A stretch of DNA of 63,355 nt, counting the filler, from Octopus bimaculoides (Eukaryota): NCBI RefSeq assembly GCF_001194135.2. It is 8 parts of 8 records of this genome, joined end to end, with 100 filler letters (N's around TTAATTAATTAA, not from the genome) between each part and the next. Parts side by side here need not be neighbours in the genome. Positions count along the whole stretch, not along the records: positions 1 to 19,765 come from NC_068987.1; positions 19,866 to 27,189 come from NC_068985.1; 6 more parts are not named here. One strand, written 5' to 3'. The notes beneath the pieces were generated by a model. That model saw only the letters and a list, made by a program, of their open reading frames with translations, did no database searches and had not been told where the DNA came from. The position numbers were made by a program, and so were the translations under genes. Below are positions 12,016 to 23,702 of the stretch, piece after piece (position 1 is the first letter of the stretch; each line of letters starts with the position of its first letter).

Positions 12016-15000
12016 ATATATATATAATAAATACATACATACGTACATACATTCATGGATACATACATAATTACGTACATACATTCATGGATACATACAT
12101 ACATACATACATACGTGCATACATGCACATGCCTACATGTATGTATACATACAGGTAACAGCATTCAAAAATACAGTTTTCCTCTCCTTGCATTCTATCT
12201 TCATGACACATTTAAATTCATGCGATAAGTTTATTATGGTTTGAAATCGTGTAAGGTTTCCTATTAGTTTGCAAGATTTGTAAATTTGTGAAAATACGTG
12301 TTGTAGTTGTGAGCACGGTTAAAGATAAAAATACATTTCTATACTAAATACTTGAAGTTAGTTTATCAGATTTCCAAATGTAACAACTAATCAGACATCA
12401 CTTTCTTCTCTGAAAAATATATGCAGAACTATTAGAAGCATAACTTTAATATTTAGAGCTATATATTGGTGAACGATTATAATAAAATAGATTTTCGACA
12501 GGATGTAATATATGCTCTCATTTGGTATTTTAATTTGAGATTACCCAGTTTTAAAGCGAATATTAGTTAAATTATTTCCTCTACTCAAACCATCCAGCAC
12601 TTTAACAAATGTGGTCATGAAACCAGTTATAAAGAAATCCAGTTTGAAATTCGCAATGAAACAAAAAAGAATAGCTAAAGATATAGCTGTCTTGATACAG
12701 TCGAGAAGCTGACTTCCCTCCTTGTGCATTGCTGTCGTCCCATGGGAATCATATCTAATTTCAAAGAATTACCCAACTATTCATTCTAAATTAAAATTTA
12801 TGTTAATGGCTACAAGATCGTTTAAAACGAGATATTATATTTGATCTTAGTTTTGCCTCCGGTACTGTTCACATGCAGAAAATTTTCACTTCTAATCTGT
12901 TTTTCTCTGATTAATCATGATTGCGAGTTCATCAGGTAAAATATTTTTGTCCCAGTCGAAGCAGTACCACCCGACTATACTGTTACTATCAACCTACATA
13001 AATGTGATTCAACATAACACGCCGACAGTACTGAACATCTCTCTACACAAGCACTATTTGAAGTCCAGACAGTGTTCCCTGTTTCAATTCAATTGGCGAA
13101 ATCTGAGTTACAGGGCCATCAAAATTTTGGCTGCCTTCGTGTTACTTATTCTCCAAAGAACAATATACGAATCCTTCGTTCAATATCATTCGTTTGCAAT
13201 TTCAACTCCACACTGCAAGCGAAATTCACAACGAATACTATCAAATTTCTAGACAAATCTATCTCTCTAATTATCTACTATATTCCAACAAGGAGCTGTT
13301 TACTGATATATGTTTCGGTTATTACCTCAGTACTCTGTATCTTTCCCGAACTCTCTCCATAGACGACTAAACTTTTCGACTTCTTTTCTCTCAATATTTT
13401 GTCTTTAAAACGGTTGTACAAATTTATGTTTCTAGACATAATTTTCCTTATTGTCGGCACAGTTCTAACAAAATCTTTACTGAACTTCTCTCTGCTAGCT
13501 CAATCCATTTCTCGCCTTTATCCCCTCAGTTTATTTGTGTTCATCTGGGTTGGCATTTGTATGTAATTATTCATCGTTCCCTTTGCTCTTCTCTCTCCTC
13601 CCTCACCTGGCCTAGCAGTCATCACTTCCACCCAGTTTCTAAGGATTTTGCTCTTGTTACAAACTTTAATCACTTCTCACTAACATATTACTACATTCCA
13701 TAGTACTCGCACGTTCCCTTACTATTATTTCCCACTCTACCTAATTTCCGATTTCGTACCACCCTTTTCCTTCTCCAAATTTCTCATCCAAAATTTTGCG
13801 ACCCTGTTCTTGACGTTTCTGTATATTTTCTTTTTGAAAAACAACCTTGCCCAAAACGTTAGAATTTTGTCGCATCAAACCAAACAATTCAGAGTTTGCA
13901 TTTTCTTTTATTTTTCTTCTTTTTTTGAATAGATGAAAACCTGTTGAAAAGAAATAGGTAGGTTCTCCAGCCTTACAATGAGCAACCTTATTCAAAGACA
14001 AACAGTATAAATGATTATCTATTACTTGACTATCAGACTTCTAAGTTAGAAAATATCAAATTGATGACACATTATATAGTGAATACGAGTACAGGAAATT
14101 AGCCGCTATTTCTAGCAGATCAGTTGACAATAAGAAACAATTTCTTGGATGTTCGAAATAGTGAAAGATGGATACAGTATTTCATTACTTTAATGTTCTG
14201 TCGCTCCTTGTTCTTTGTTGTTCGGAATGGCAAGCTATTAGTTTGAACATAGGTTTTCGTTTCACTGGATCTTTAAAATCAGCAACAGTTAACCAATATC
14301 GCAATGATTCACAGAATAGATTTAATTTACCCCGAGATTCAATTTACCAAGTGGGAAAAAAACTGCCAATTCTTGATTATGTACACTTCATCCAATTAAT
14401 ATTCAAAAAATCAAAAGTTAAGAAGAAAACTGATGTACACCTGCTCTTGAGTTGTTTTCTTGTTGTAGGGAGGCGTTTCATGAAGTGAGGTAAAAGAGTG
14501 TAGACAAGTGGAAGAGTGGATTCTACTAAAGATACCCGAGCGTCCGGGTGTTGGAGTCGGAACATTTTAATTTTGATCCTGATATTCAGCAATCGTTTTA
14601 AAGTTATTGCGGAATACCTACTTTGCCTCACTGAAAATAGCTTCAAATCGGGGGTCAATATACATACGTAATCGACGGCTAGTGATCAAAAACATTGACT
14701 AACCTATTTTTCGTGTTATATATTACTACATGACTAACTGTACGTTCAGATGACAAACTGTACGTTCAGATTTGCTTCGTCCAGCTTAAATTATTTACAG
14801 CCACATCACCGTAGAAACTTCACGTCTGGGCTCCATTAGCAGTTAAACCTACATAATAATGAAAAAAATATGCTCATCTTGAATGAAAATTCCATAGTTT
14901 TAAATCTCAGGTTTGATATATTCGCTACTTGTAAATAACCTTTAACACCATATAAACACTATTGACACATGATATCGATTTTGATTTTGACTGGATAAAA

Positions 15001-15800
15001 AACAGCATTAACCATCTTTATTAGCTGATTTGATTCTCTTTTTCAAGAATATTGTCACTTCCGGCTATTTTGCTATTCCAACCAAACAACAACCCCTTTG
15101 CATTAATTCGCGCCGTTAGAAGATAAACGTTCTATTGAACCAGGGTAAATGTCTTTTCAGGCTAAATCAGGGATTTATTAATGCAAATTCCCTTTACTTT
15201 GCGCAGATTCGCTTTCCTTTATGTTGGGTCATTACACATTCACTTCAAGCCCATTTTAATTCATTTTAAATTCACCATTTTAATCCATCTTGTTTACAAT
15301 CTATTCTTAATCCCCTGATTAAGAATCGATTGGAATGAAATTATTTGCCTAAATAATTTTTGAAAATTCTATGTTTTTATTCATTTTTTTAATCCTTATA
15401 TTTCTATTTTTTACGAATAGCCATTTGTAAAAATCTATAATTATTTATCTCATATAATGTATTACTTACATTTTCTACAGCAGATAAAGATATGCTTTAA
15501 CATCTCTATATGCCCAAAAACTATTATCAGGCATTTCTGTTTTCTTTATCCATCACCATTTTAGCTCAGTTCTTTGTTCCATTGCATTAATCATATTATT
15601 CATCCCTGTTTTGTTAATATGCATTATCATCCTTAGATTCTAACGGGTATAATTATTTCTTCAGTGTGAAAATGTGAGCAGAAATGCATGTACATAGATG
15701 TATGCGTGTGAAAAATGTGCACGAAATTGTACGTGCACGTGTATTTATGTGCTTATATGGAAAAGGGTTAAAGTGTGAGTAAAACATGTTTGGAAATCTT

Positions 15801-15835
<35 letters not shown>

Positions 15836-15970
15836 TTTGGCTTCTAGCAACAAGCCAAAAACGTTATATACATCCACAAAGGCTCTGGCATGAAATGGCA
15901 GTATATGATGCTATTCCGTCTACAATTAAGAAATAGCAAAATATTTCAAGTTTTTCAAAATTTTATGGCA

Positions 15971-16005
<35 letters not shown>

Positions 16006-16327
16006 NNNNNNNNNNNNNNNNNNNNNNNNNNNNNNNNNNNNNNNNNNNNNNNNNNNNNNNNNNNNNNNNNNNNNNNNNNNNNNNNNNNNNNNNNNNNNNN
16101 NNNNNNNNNNNNNNNNNNNNNNNNNNNNNNNNNNNNNNNNNNNNNNNNNNNNNNNNNNNNNNNNNNNNNNNNNNNNNNNNNNNNNNNNNNNNNNNNNNNN
16201 NNNNNNNNNNNNNNNNNNNNNNNNNNNNNNNNNNNNNNNNNNNNNNNNNNNNNNNNNNNNNNNNNNNNNNNNNNNNNNNNNNNNNNNNNNNNNNNNNNNN
16301 NNNNNNNNNNNNNNNNNNNNNNNNNNN

Positions 16328-16383
<56 letters not shown>

Positions 16384-16552
16384 TAGATAGATAGATAGAT
16401 ATACACACTTATGCACATACACACAAACACAAGCACACGCAAACACATATATGCATACACAACACATACACACACGCACACACGCGTACATACAAGCACG
16501 TGCACACAAGTATAGGATTTAAGGTGCAGCAGTGGCAGGAACGATCGGAGCA

Positions 16553-16700
16553 GACGCAAATGTGGCCGTGTGGTTAGAAGTCTGTTTCCCAACCGCATGA
16601 TTCAAGTCTATGTCACACTGCATCATACAATGGGCAATTGGTCCAAACGAAACCTGGTGAGTGGATATGTTAGATGGAAACTAAAAGATTCGCGTCATAT
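16553..16700 (+). mobile_element. Degenerate tRNA-derived SINE
   Basis: A-box-like TGGCCGTGTGGTTAGAAG head and body resembling the copy at 46.1 kb, ending in a (CA)n/(AT)n tail. Confidence 0.5.
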
Positions 16701-16710
16701 ACATACACAC

Positions 16711-16795
<85 letters not shown>

Positions 16796-16969
16796 GTCGA
16801 CGCCCTCAGGCGAAGAAGTAGGATCTTCCAAGACATATAAATAGAGGTAGTCTGGCCGTGGTAGGGGTGTTGAGTAGCAGTCGATTAGCAGTTGTGTAGC
16901 GGTTGAGTAGAGATCATACGAAGGTTCTAAATAGCAGTAGCGTTGAGACATAACAATATCACACTCTTC

Positions 16970-17730
16970 TGACAGTTTCTGCAATGTGAAATCTGGTTCA
17001 TTTCCAGTTTTGCAAGAATTTTCGTTCGGATATCTGCATCCTTTTTATGACAATTCTTGTGCAAAAATCAAACACTTGAAAGAATCTGGAGTAAGTATAT
17101 CCAGCCTCAATCGCTCACATTCTTTGTTGACTCTGCCTGTATAAGTAAGGCAGTCTTCATCTTCGCACTTTTCTATCTGGCATTAAACAGTTAGATCTTT
17201 TCACTAAATATTGCATGACAACTGTGTCGGTGAAATTTATCGGACGCTTCTGTTTTGGCAATATGAAGTCACTATACTTCTCATGGTCTACTGTCGTTAG
17301 TTTTCTTAGAATGAGACGCGTTTTCATTTCGTCTGTCCAGTCCTAACATTCTTCTTCAAAAATTTGTTCAAATCTTCGAAAGTAAGCCTCGAAGGTTACT
17401 CCTTCTTCGGGGTCATATTATGGAATTTGCTACATGGTCAGGCGCAAATGTATTCTCCGGTGTGGTTATCAACTTCATTAGTTGTAACATTTGCTGTTGC
17501 AATCTTTGTTGTCGTTCTCGTTGTTCCTTGAATTGTTGTTGTTGCTGTTTTTGCGAATCAAATACCCCAGCTAACAAGTTTTCCATATTTTACGATTTTC
17601 GTAAGCTTGCACAAGATTTTTGCTTCTTTGTTGTCATGTTATTTAATTTAACACGTGAATTTGTTTAAATTCGCCGTGTGAATGTGTTATTTTCACTCCT
17701 CGTAAATTTGTTTTCCCTCATCGCCACTAT
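16970..17730 (-). mobile_element. Gypsy LTR retrotransposon internal 5' part: PBS and decayed gag
   Basis: Minus translation YDPEEGVTFEAYFRRFEQIFEEEC*DWTDEMKTRLILRKLTTVDHEKYSDFILPK ... LQKLSEEC resembles K02A2.6-type Gypsy gag (DUF7083-like). PBS TGGCGATGAG at 17717-17726. Confidence 0.75.
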
Positions 17731-18062
17731 TGTAAAGTAGGCTCTTCCCACTGGTGTGATGTGTGACTGCCGTTGTATTGTAGTTGTTGTTTTACGCTAG
17801 TGGCCACAATACTTACTTGTCATCGGATACCGTTGTATCACTTCGTGCGGGAATAGTAATACACTAACTTCTGTCTTACTATCGCTGATAGAACTGCTGA
17901 CTTTCTACTCTCTTCGACTTTCACTCCTCTCTTAATGAGCGGCTACTGGTGTATTTATAATGGCTGAATCCTACCACTTTTTTACCGGGAGGAGTATAAC
18001 GTTTCATTAAACAACACAGGAAGAACAAATTTTCACAAGAAATATTTTACTATATCATTACA
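17731..18062 (-). mobile_element. 5' LTR of the Gypsy element
   Basis: TGTAA...TTACA termini, a TATA-like TATAAATA on the minus strand, and the PBS 4 nt beyond the CA end. Confidence 0.7.
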
Positions 18063-18229
18063 ATGTGACGTCGAAGGACTTCATCATTTTGGATGTCAGT
18101 CTTTCACCAAAAAAAAAGAAGAACTATATTATGAAGGGAATGAGAAAGATATATACGTGAGGAAACGTTAAAAACCAGGTGGAACTACAGTTCTGCCGTG
18201 GGACTTATAAATTGAAGAAAGGGTTAGGT

Positions 18230-19120
18230 GTGAACATGAAAATGTAAGTGTGTGTCTTAGAAAGCGGGCTTAAGGACGATTAGCATGTGTTAGTGTAATG
18301 GATGTATGAGGCCAGAGGTGTATATTTCCGAAAGTATAGTGGAATTGTTTAGGGGAGGATTCGAGTGTACATTTGGCCATGTATTCGCTGGGTGGCTTGC
18401 GTAAACGTGTGCGTGAGGAGATTAGGTAGTGTGCGTGTAAAGCAATAAAGGCAATCATGTGCACTGGTTACATGAACAAAATTAAAAGAGCTGTTGACAT
18501 GTTTGCAAATCTGTAACAAAAGCATTAAAGAGTGTGCCAACGCTTAGAAGGAACGAGAATAGTTTTCAACAAAAATCTGAAAATGACAGAAAATTGTGCG
18601 TATTATGTGAAGAGAAGGAAAATTGAATAAATGAGTCAAAATTACATACCATATGCAAAAGGGGTGGAAGTTTTGGCACAGTATTAATTTGGTACTAAGA
18701 AAATAGTAAAATCCTCCATGGAAAAAATGTAAATGTGATGATGTAACATCCCCGGAAAAGATAAAACTGTGATGCAAATGTAGAAGACCCACATTCAACA
18801 CTCATCAAATGGTACAGAAGAGAAGAGTGAACAGTAAGAGGAGAGAAGGAGCAAGAAACGTATAATTTTGTGGGAATCGTAAGAGAAGATCCAACGAGAG
18901 TGACCGGTAGAAGGGGCAATAAAGGTGGAATGCAAATCTGTCATGAGTTTGAAAAGTAGATGAGTGTAGTGGTGGATCCAATAATGTGTGTGTGGTGCGT
19001 CGACTGGATTGTGTGTGTATGTGTGTACATGCACTTAAAAGTTAAAAGGGGAGGCCATATGCATGCAAGTGTCAGCAGTTGCATGTATACATGGGAACAT
19101 GAATAGTGTGAGAATGAGTT
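18230..19120 (-). mobile_element. Old CR1/L2-like LINE ORF2 relic (APE endonuclease and tether region)
   Basis: Fragmentary minus-strand motifs: THIIGSTTTLIYF (cf. PTHxxGxTLDL), DSHKIIRF (cf. SDHxLIxF), ESSPKQFHYTF (cf. NPKxFW). Confidence 0.45.
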
Positions 19121-19959
19121 CATGTTTGTCTAACTTCGAATGTCGTCTGCATTTTAAGAAACACATCGTCAGAATTTAAGAGTAGACCAAAGGACTCAGT
19201 AAAACACCAAGATTTGGTTCACGTCTGCTTGACATCGAATTATTGTAAAGTTGGTTACGTCCCTAGTGATTTTTTGTTTCCTTCTTCTTTACAAGCGTCT
19301 CCAAACGTTATCTGCTCAGAAGACAACTGGCAGACGGTCTTATTTTCAGTTTGAAAAATGGCGGAATACGTTTTTATTTTGACCAGGAAACCCTGGGTAG
19401 ATGTATTTACAAGATTTGTGATTTTTTTATTATAAGATTATATATATATATACATATACGTGTACATACATACATATATATGTATATATATATATGACGT
19501 GTATGACAACTGATATATTTGACTTATATTTAATGGTTAAATATAGTTGTACACAGAAATGTTTACATTGGATTAATACATGGATATAAATTAAACATCG
19601 GTGTCAAATCTCTTTATTAAATGTATAAATTTAAAACTTTGGATATATAAACAAGGAGAACGATCCTTAAGGAATCTAATTTAGATTTTTTTGCGGTGAG
19701 ATCTTATGCTATATTGGTAAGGATTACAGAGTTTACTTTGAAAAATTATATATATATATATATATNNNNNNNNNNNNNNNNNNNNNNNNNNNNNNNNNNN
19801 NNNNNNNNNTTAATTAATTAANNNNNNNNNNNNNNNNNNNNNNNNNNNNNNNNNNNNNNNNNNNNTGTATGTATACTTTTTCAATGTGTACAAATAACAA
19901 GGAATAAATAAATAGATAGTTACCAGAGTAGCAAAAATTCACATAAGTGCCAAGGATAT

Positions 19960-20165
19960 TCTTTTCTACTATAGGCACAAGGCCCGAAATGTTGGGGGAG
20001 GTGTCCAGAAGATTAGATCGACCCCAGGACGCAACTGGAACTTAATTTATCGACCCTGAAAGGATGAAAGGCAAAGTCGACCTCAGCGGAATTTGAACTC
20101 GGAACGTAAGGACAGTCGAAATACCGCAACACCCGGCGTGCTAACGTTTGTGCCAGCTTACCGCC
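19960..20165 (-). mobile_element. tRNA-derived SINE (abundant octopus-type family)
   Basis: Minus strand GGCGGTAAGCTGGCACAAACGTTAGCACG head, B-box GAGTTCAAATTCC, conserved body GAGGTCGACTTTGCCTTTCATCC shared with the copies at 28.9 and 38.1 kb. Confidence 0.8.
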
Positions 20166-20485
20166 TTTGTGCCAATGCCTACTTATAAAGGTAGGAATTC
20201 CAGGGTTAAGTGAAATGTTTTTGTATGACATGGATAAATTAAGAAATGGAGTCTAACAAATGATTTGAATAACACCTTCGTTTGACTCCATTTCTTAATT
20301 TATCTACATATACATGTGTGTGTGTGTGTGTGTGTGTGCATGTATTTATGTATATGAATGCATGCATGTATGTATGTATATGAATGCATGCATGTATGCA
20401 TGCATGGAAATAGGTAATCGGTTGTCCCCTTGTTTAGCTATTGTATTTTTACTCTGTGTACCTGAATCTTATGAATGTGTGTGTC

Positions 20486-20518
<33 letters not shown>

Positions 20519-20542
20519 ACAGACAGGCATACGTACAAACAC

Positions 20543-20628
<86 letters not shown>

Positions 20629-21910
20629 NNNNNNNNNNNNNNNNNNNNNNNNNNNNNNNNNNNNNNNNNNNNNNNNNNNNNNNNNNNNNNNNNNNNNNNN
20701 NNNNNNNNNNNNNNNNNNNNNNNNNNNNNNNNNNNNNNNNNNNNNNNNNNNNNNNNNNNNNNNNNNNNNNNNNNNNNNNNNNNNNNNNNNNNNNNNNNNN
20801 NNNNNNNNNNNNNNNNNNNNNNNNNNNNNNNNNNNNNNNNNNNNNNNNNNNNNNNNNNNNNNNNNNNNNNNNNNNNNNNNNNNNNNNNNNNNNNNNNNNN
20901 NNNNNNNNNNNNNNNNNNNNNNNNNNNNNNNNNNNNNNNNNNNNNNNNNNNNNNNNNNNNNNNNNNNNNNNNNNNNNNNNNNNNNNNNNNNNNNNNNNNN
21001 NNNNNNNNNNNNNNNNNNNNNNNNNNNNNNNNNNNNNNNNNNNNNNNNNNNNNNNNNNNNNNNNNNNNNNNNNNNNNNNNNNNNNNNNNNNNNNNNNNNN
21101 NNNNNNNNNNNNNNNNNNNNNNNNNNNNNNNNNNNNNNNNNNNNNNNNNNNNNNNNNNNNNNNNNNNNNNNNNNNNNNNNNNNNNNNNNNNNNNNNNNNN
21201 NNNNNNNNNNNNNNNNNNNNNNNNNNNNNNNNNNNNNNNNNNNNNNNNNNNNNNNNNNNNNNNNNNNNNNNNNNNNNNNNNNNNNNNNNNNNNNNNNNNN
21301 NNNNNNNNNNNNNNNNNNNNNNNNNNNNNNNNNNNNNNNNNNNNNNNNNNNNNNNNNNNNNNNNNNNNNNNNNNNNNNNNNNNNNNNNNNNNNNNNNNNN
21401 NNNNNNNNNGTGTACTCATATACAAGGACGTTTAGATCTTCCTCCACAAAATCTCATCACGGGACTCCAAGCAACAGTGAGAATTGCTGCTGACACTTTG
21501 GTATTGTTGGCATAGATAATTGAAGTTATTTCAAAATTTTTTATCTCCAGTTCTCCAATTTTTTGTATTAGTTTCTTCTGTTTTCTCTCTGAACATCACT
21601 AGGTGTCGCCTTATTCCGAGAAGTGTGCATAGAACCAGAATGAATTCGATGTTAGAATTTTTAGGTATGAGTAATAATAATCTTATCCACACGTTCATTC
21701 ATGTATGGACAATTATTTAGAATCACCTTTCAGTTAAACCAACCTTGTAGAAGTGATGTCAGCGTAGGGCTTATTGAGTTGTTTATTAACAACCGTTCGT
21801 GCATCTTCGATTTGTTTCCCTCTGTTGCTCTCCATAATTTAAGGAAAATTCGCGCCATAGCCGTATACTTTTTCCATTGTTCACACTATTCATCTCCAGC
21901 CATTCCTGAC

Positions 21911-22604
21911 CAGTGGCGGCTCGTGTATAGGAACTGCGAACTGCAGCATTCCCTATTTACACTCGATATTATCGATAATATTCAATATAATGAGTCCTTT
22001 TTTCATTTTTTTTTTCATTATACATGTACGTTATATAATCCTTAAGTTTAATACCAATAGACAACCGTAGTTTATGAAAAAAAGAAATACAAAAATCCTT
22101 GTATAGAACTGTGCGCATCATAGTTCCAGCGACGTGGTGTTTAGCTGTTGTGCGCATGCTCACGTGTCCGAGATAGGAAGCTTCACACAAGGGAAAGAGA
22201 GCACTGCGTAAACGACAGTTCCGATTGAAAGGTAGTTTTTCTCTTTGACTCCGTGCGTGTTGTGCTTAAAAACGTGTTTATATTCTTGAATGTGATAAAG
22301 TGTAGAATTAGATTATTACCCTGCTTCCAGCTTTAGTGTTGCTGCCAGGATTTGAAAAATAGGGCACATTTCCCAACCTTATTTTGTGATTTAGTGGGGA
22401 TTTTTGAAAAACAAGGGGTAATTCGCGGCGGTGTTCAGGGAATAAATTAAACACACTATTCGGCAGTGGCTAAAATGTAAACCGATGAAGTTTATGAATA
22501 AATTTTCTTTTTAGGTTTTTGTTTCCTTTTACACAATATTAAAACAACGGCTAAAAGTTTTCTGAAGCAGTACCTCTACTAATTCTTTCTACGAGCCGCC
22601 ACTG
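21911..22604. mobile_element. Non-autonomous hAT DNA transposon (694 bp)
   Basis: Perfect 14-bp TIRs CAGTGGCGGCTCGT / ACGAGCCGCCACTG and perfect 8-bp TSD TTCCTGAC (21903-21910, 22605-22612). Confidence 0.92.
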
Positions 22605-23651
22605 TTCCTGACCATTGTGTATTTCTCCTCATAACAGTTTACAGTGTGCTAATGTTTCTCTAGAATGATTTCTAGGCGCTTCCAAGTTTCTCCTTAGCAA
22701 TATCTTCCACAAATGCGTAGACATTCAACAAGTAGTTCTTGTCCCCTGTCGTCTCTTTTTTGTAAGTTTAAAATAGGCGAAGAACCTATGAAATATAGTA
22801 GAATAACAAACTATAATCAGGTTCCCAGAAATCCAGGAATACTGTGCAATACCATACAATATACTGTACCTATACTGAGTAAACAGATCCTCTTTTCAGG
22901 TTGGTTAATTTGCATACGGTGGGTTAAAAACAAAAAAAAAGTTAAATAATTGTTATAGCATAATCAACAAGAGAGGCAGGTTATGAGTGGAATTAGAAAA
23001 TATTCAAGGAGCTATCCCCAAATAGTTAAATAATTGTTATTTAACAGCGAGATCTGCAGCAATTTTTCGCATATTTATTTTTAACACGTCTAGGCAGGTT
23101 CTAGCACAAAATTATTGGTCGCCGTTGGGTACGTCAGAGAAGAATATCTTCTCCCTTTTACGGCACCAGAGTGTTTACAGGTGCACGGCATTCATGTTTC
23201 GACATGTGTCTCGTTTCTTAGGAGCAGCCGGAACTCTGAGCCTAACTTGGTGTCGTTCTTCACCTCACAAATAGCCACTCATTAAATCGTTTAGATATTT
23301 AATGTTTTCCCCACTTAACATACTATTTTCCCTGCTGAATAAAGACCCTGACGGAGAATCTATAGTTCACCTTTGCAATGTATAAAATCTGCAACTAATA
23401 TCATCCAACTGACGTTAACATCCCGTTCATACTTCGATTCTCGTTTTATTTGACTTCTGATACAATTACATTTACAGCACAAAATTTGGGACACAACGAT
23501 TTCAACACAGTTGATTCGGCATTAATCTCATAAATATGGGAACACAAAAAGATTTCAGCACTTTCAAACTCTATTTAGACAATTCTCCATAAACAATAGT
23601 AGACAAGCCACACACTCTGATATGTCTACACACACGCACGCGCGCACGCAC

Positions 23652-23702
<51 letters not shown>

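Noticed and set aside
12541-12756. Minus-strand exon (ORF MHKEGSQLL...)
   Set aside because: Splice signals are only moderate, no protein family is recognisable, and the plus strand shows faint transposase-like motifs instead.
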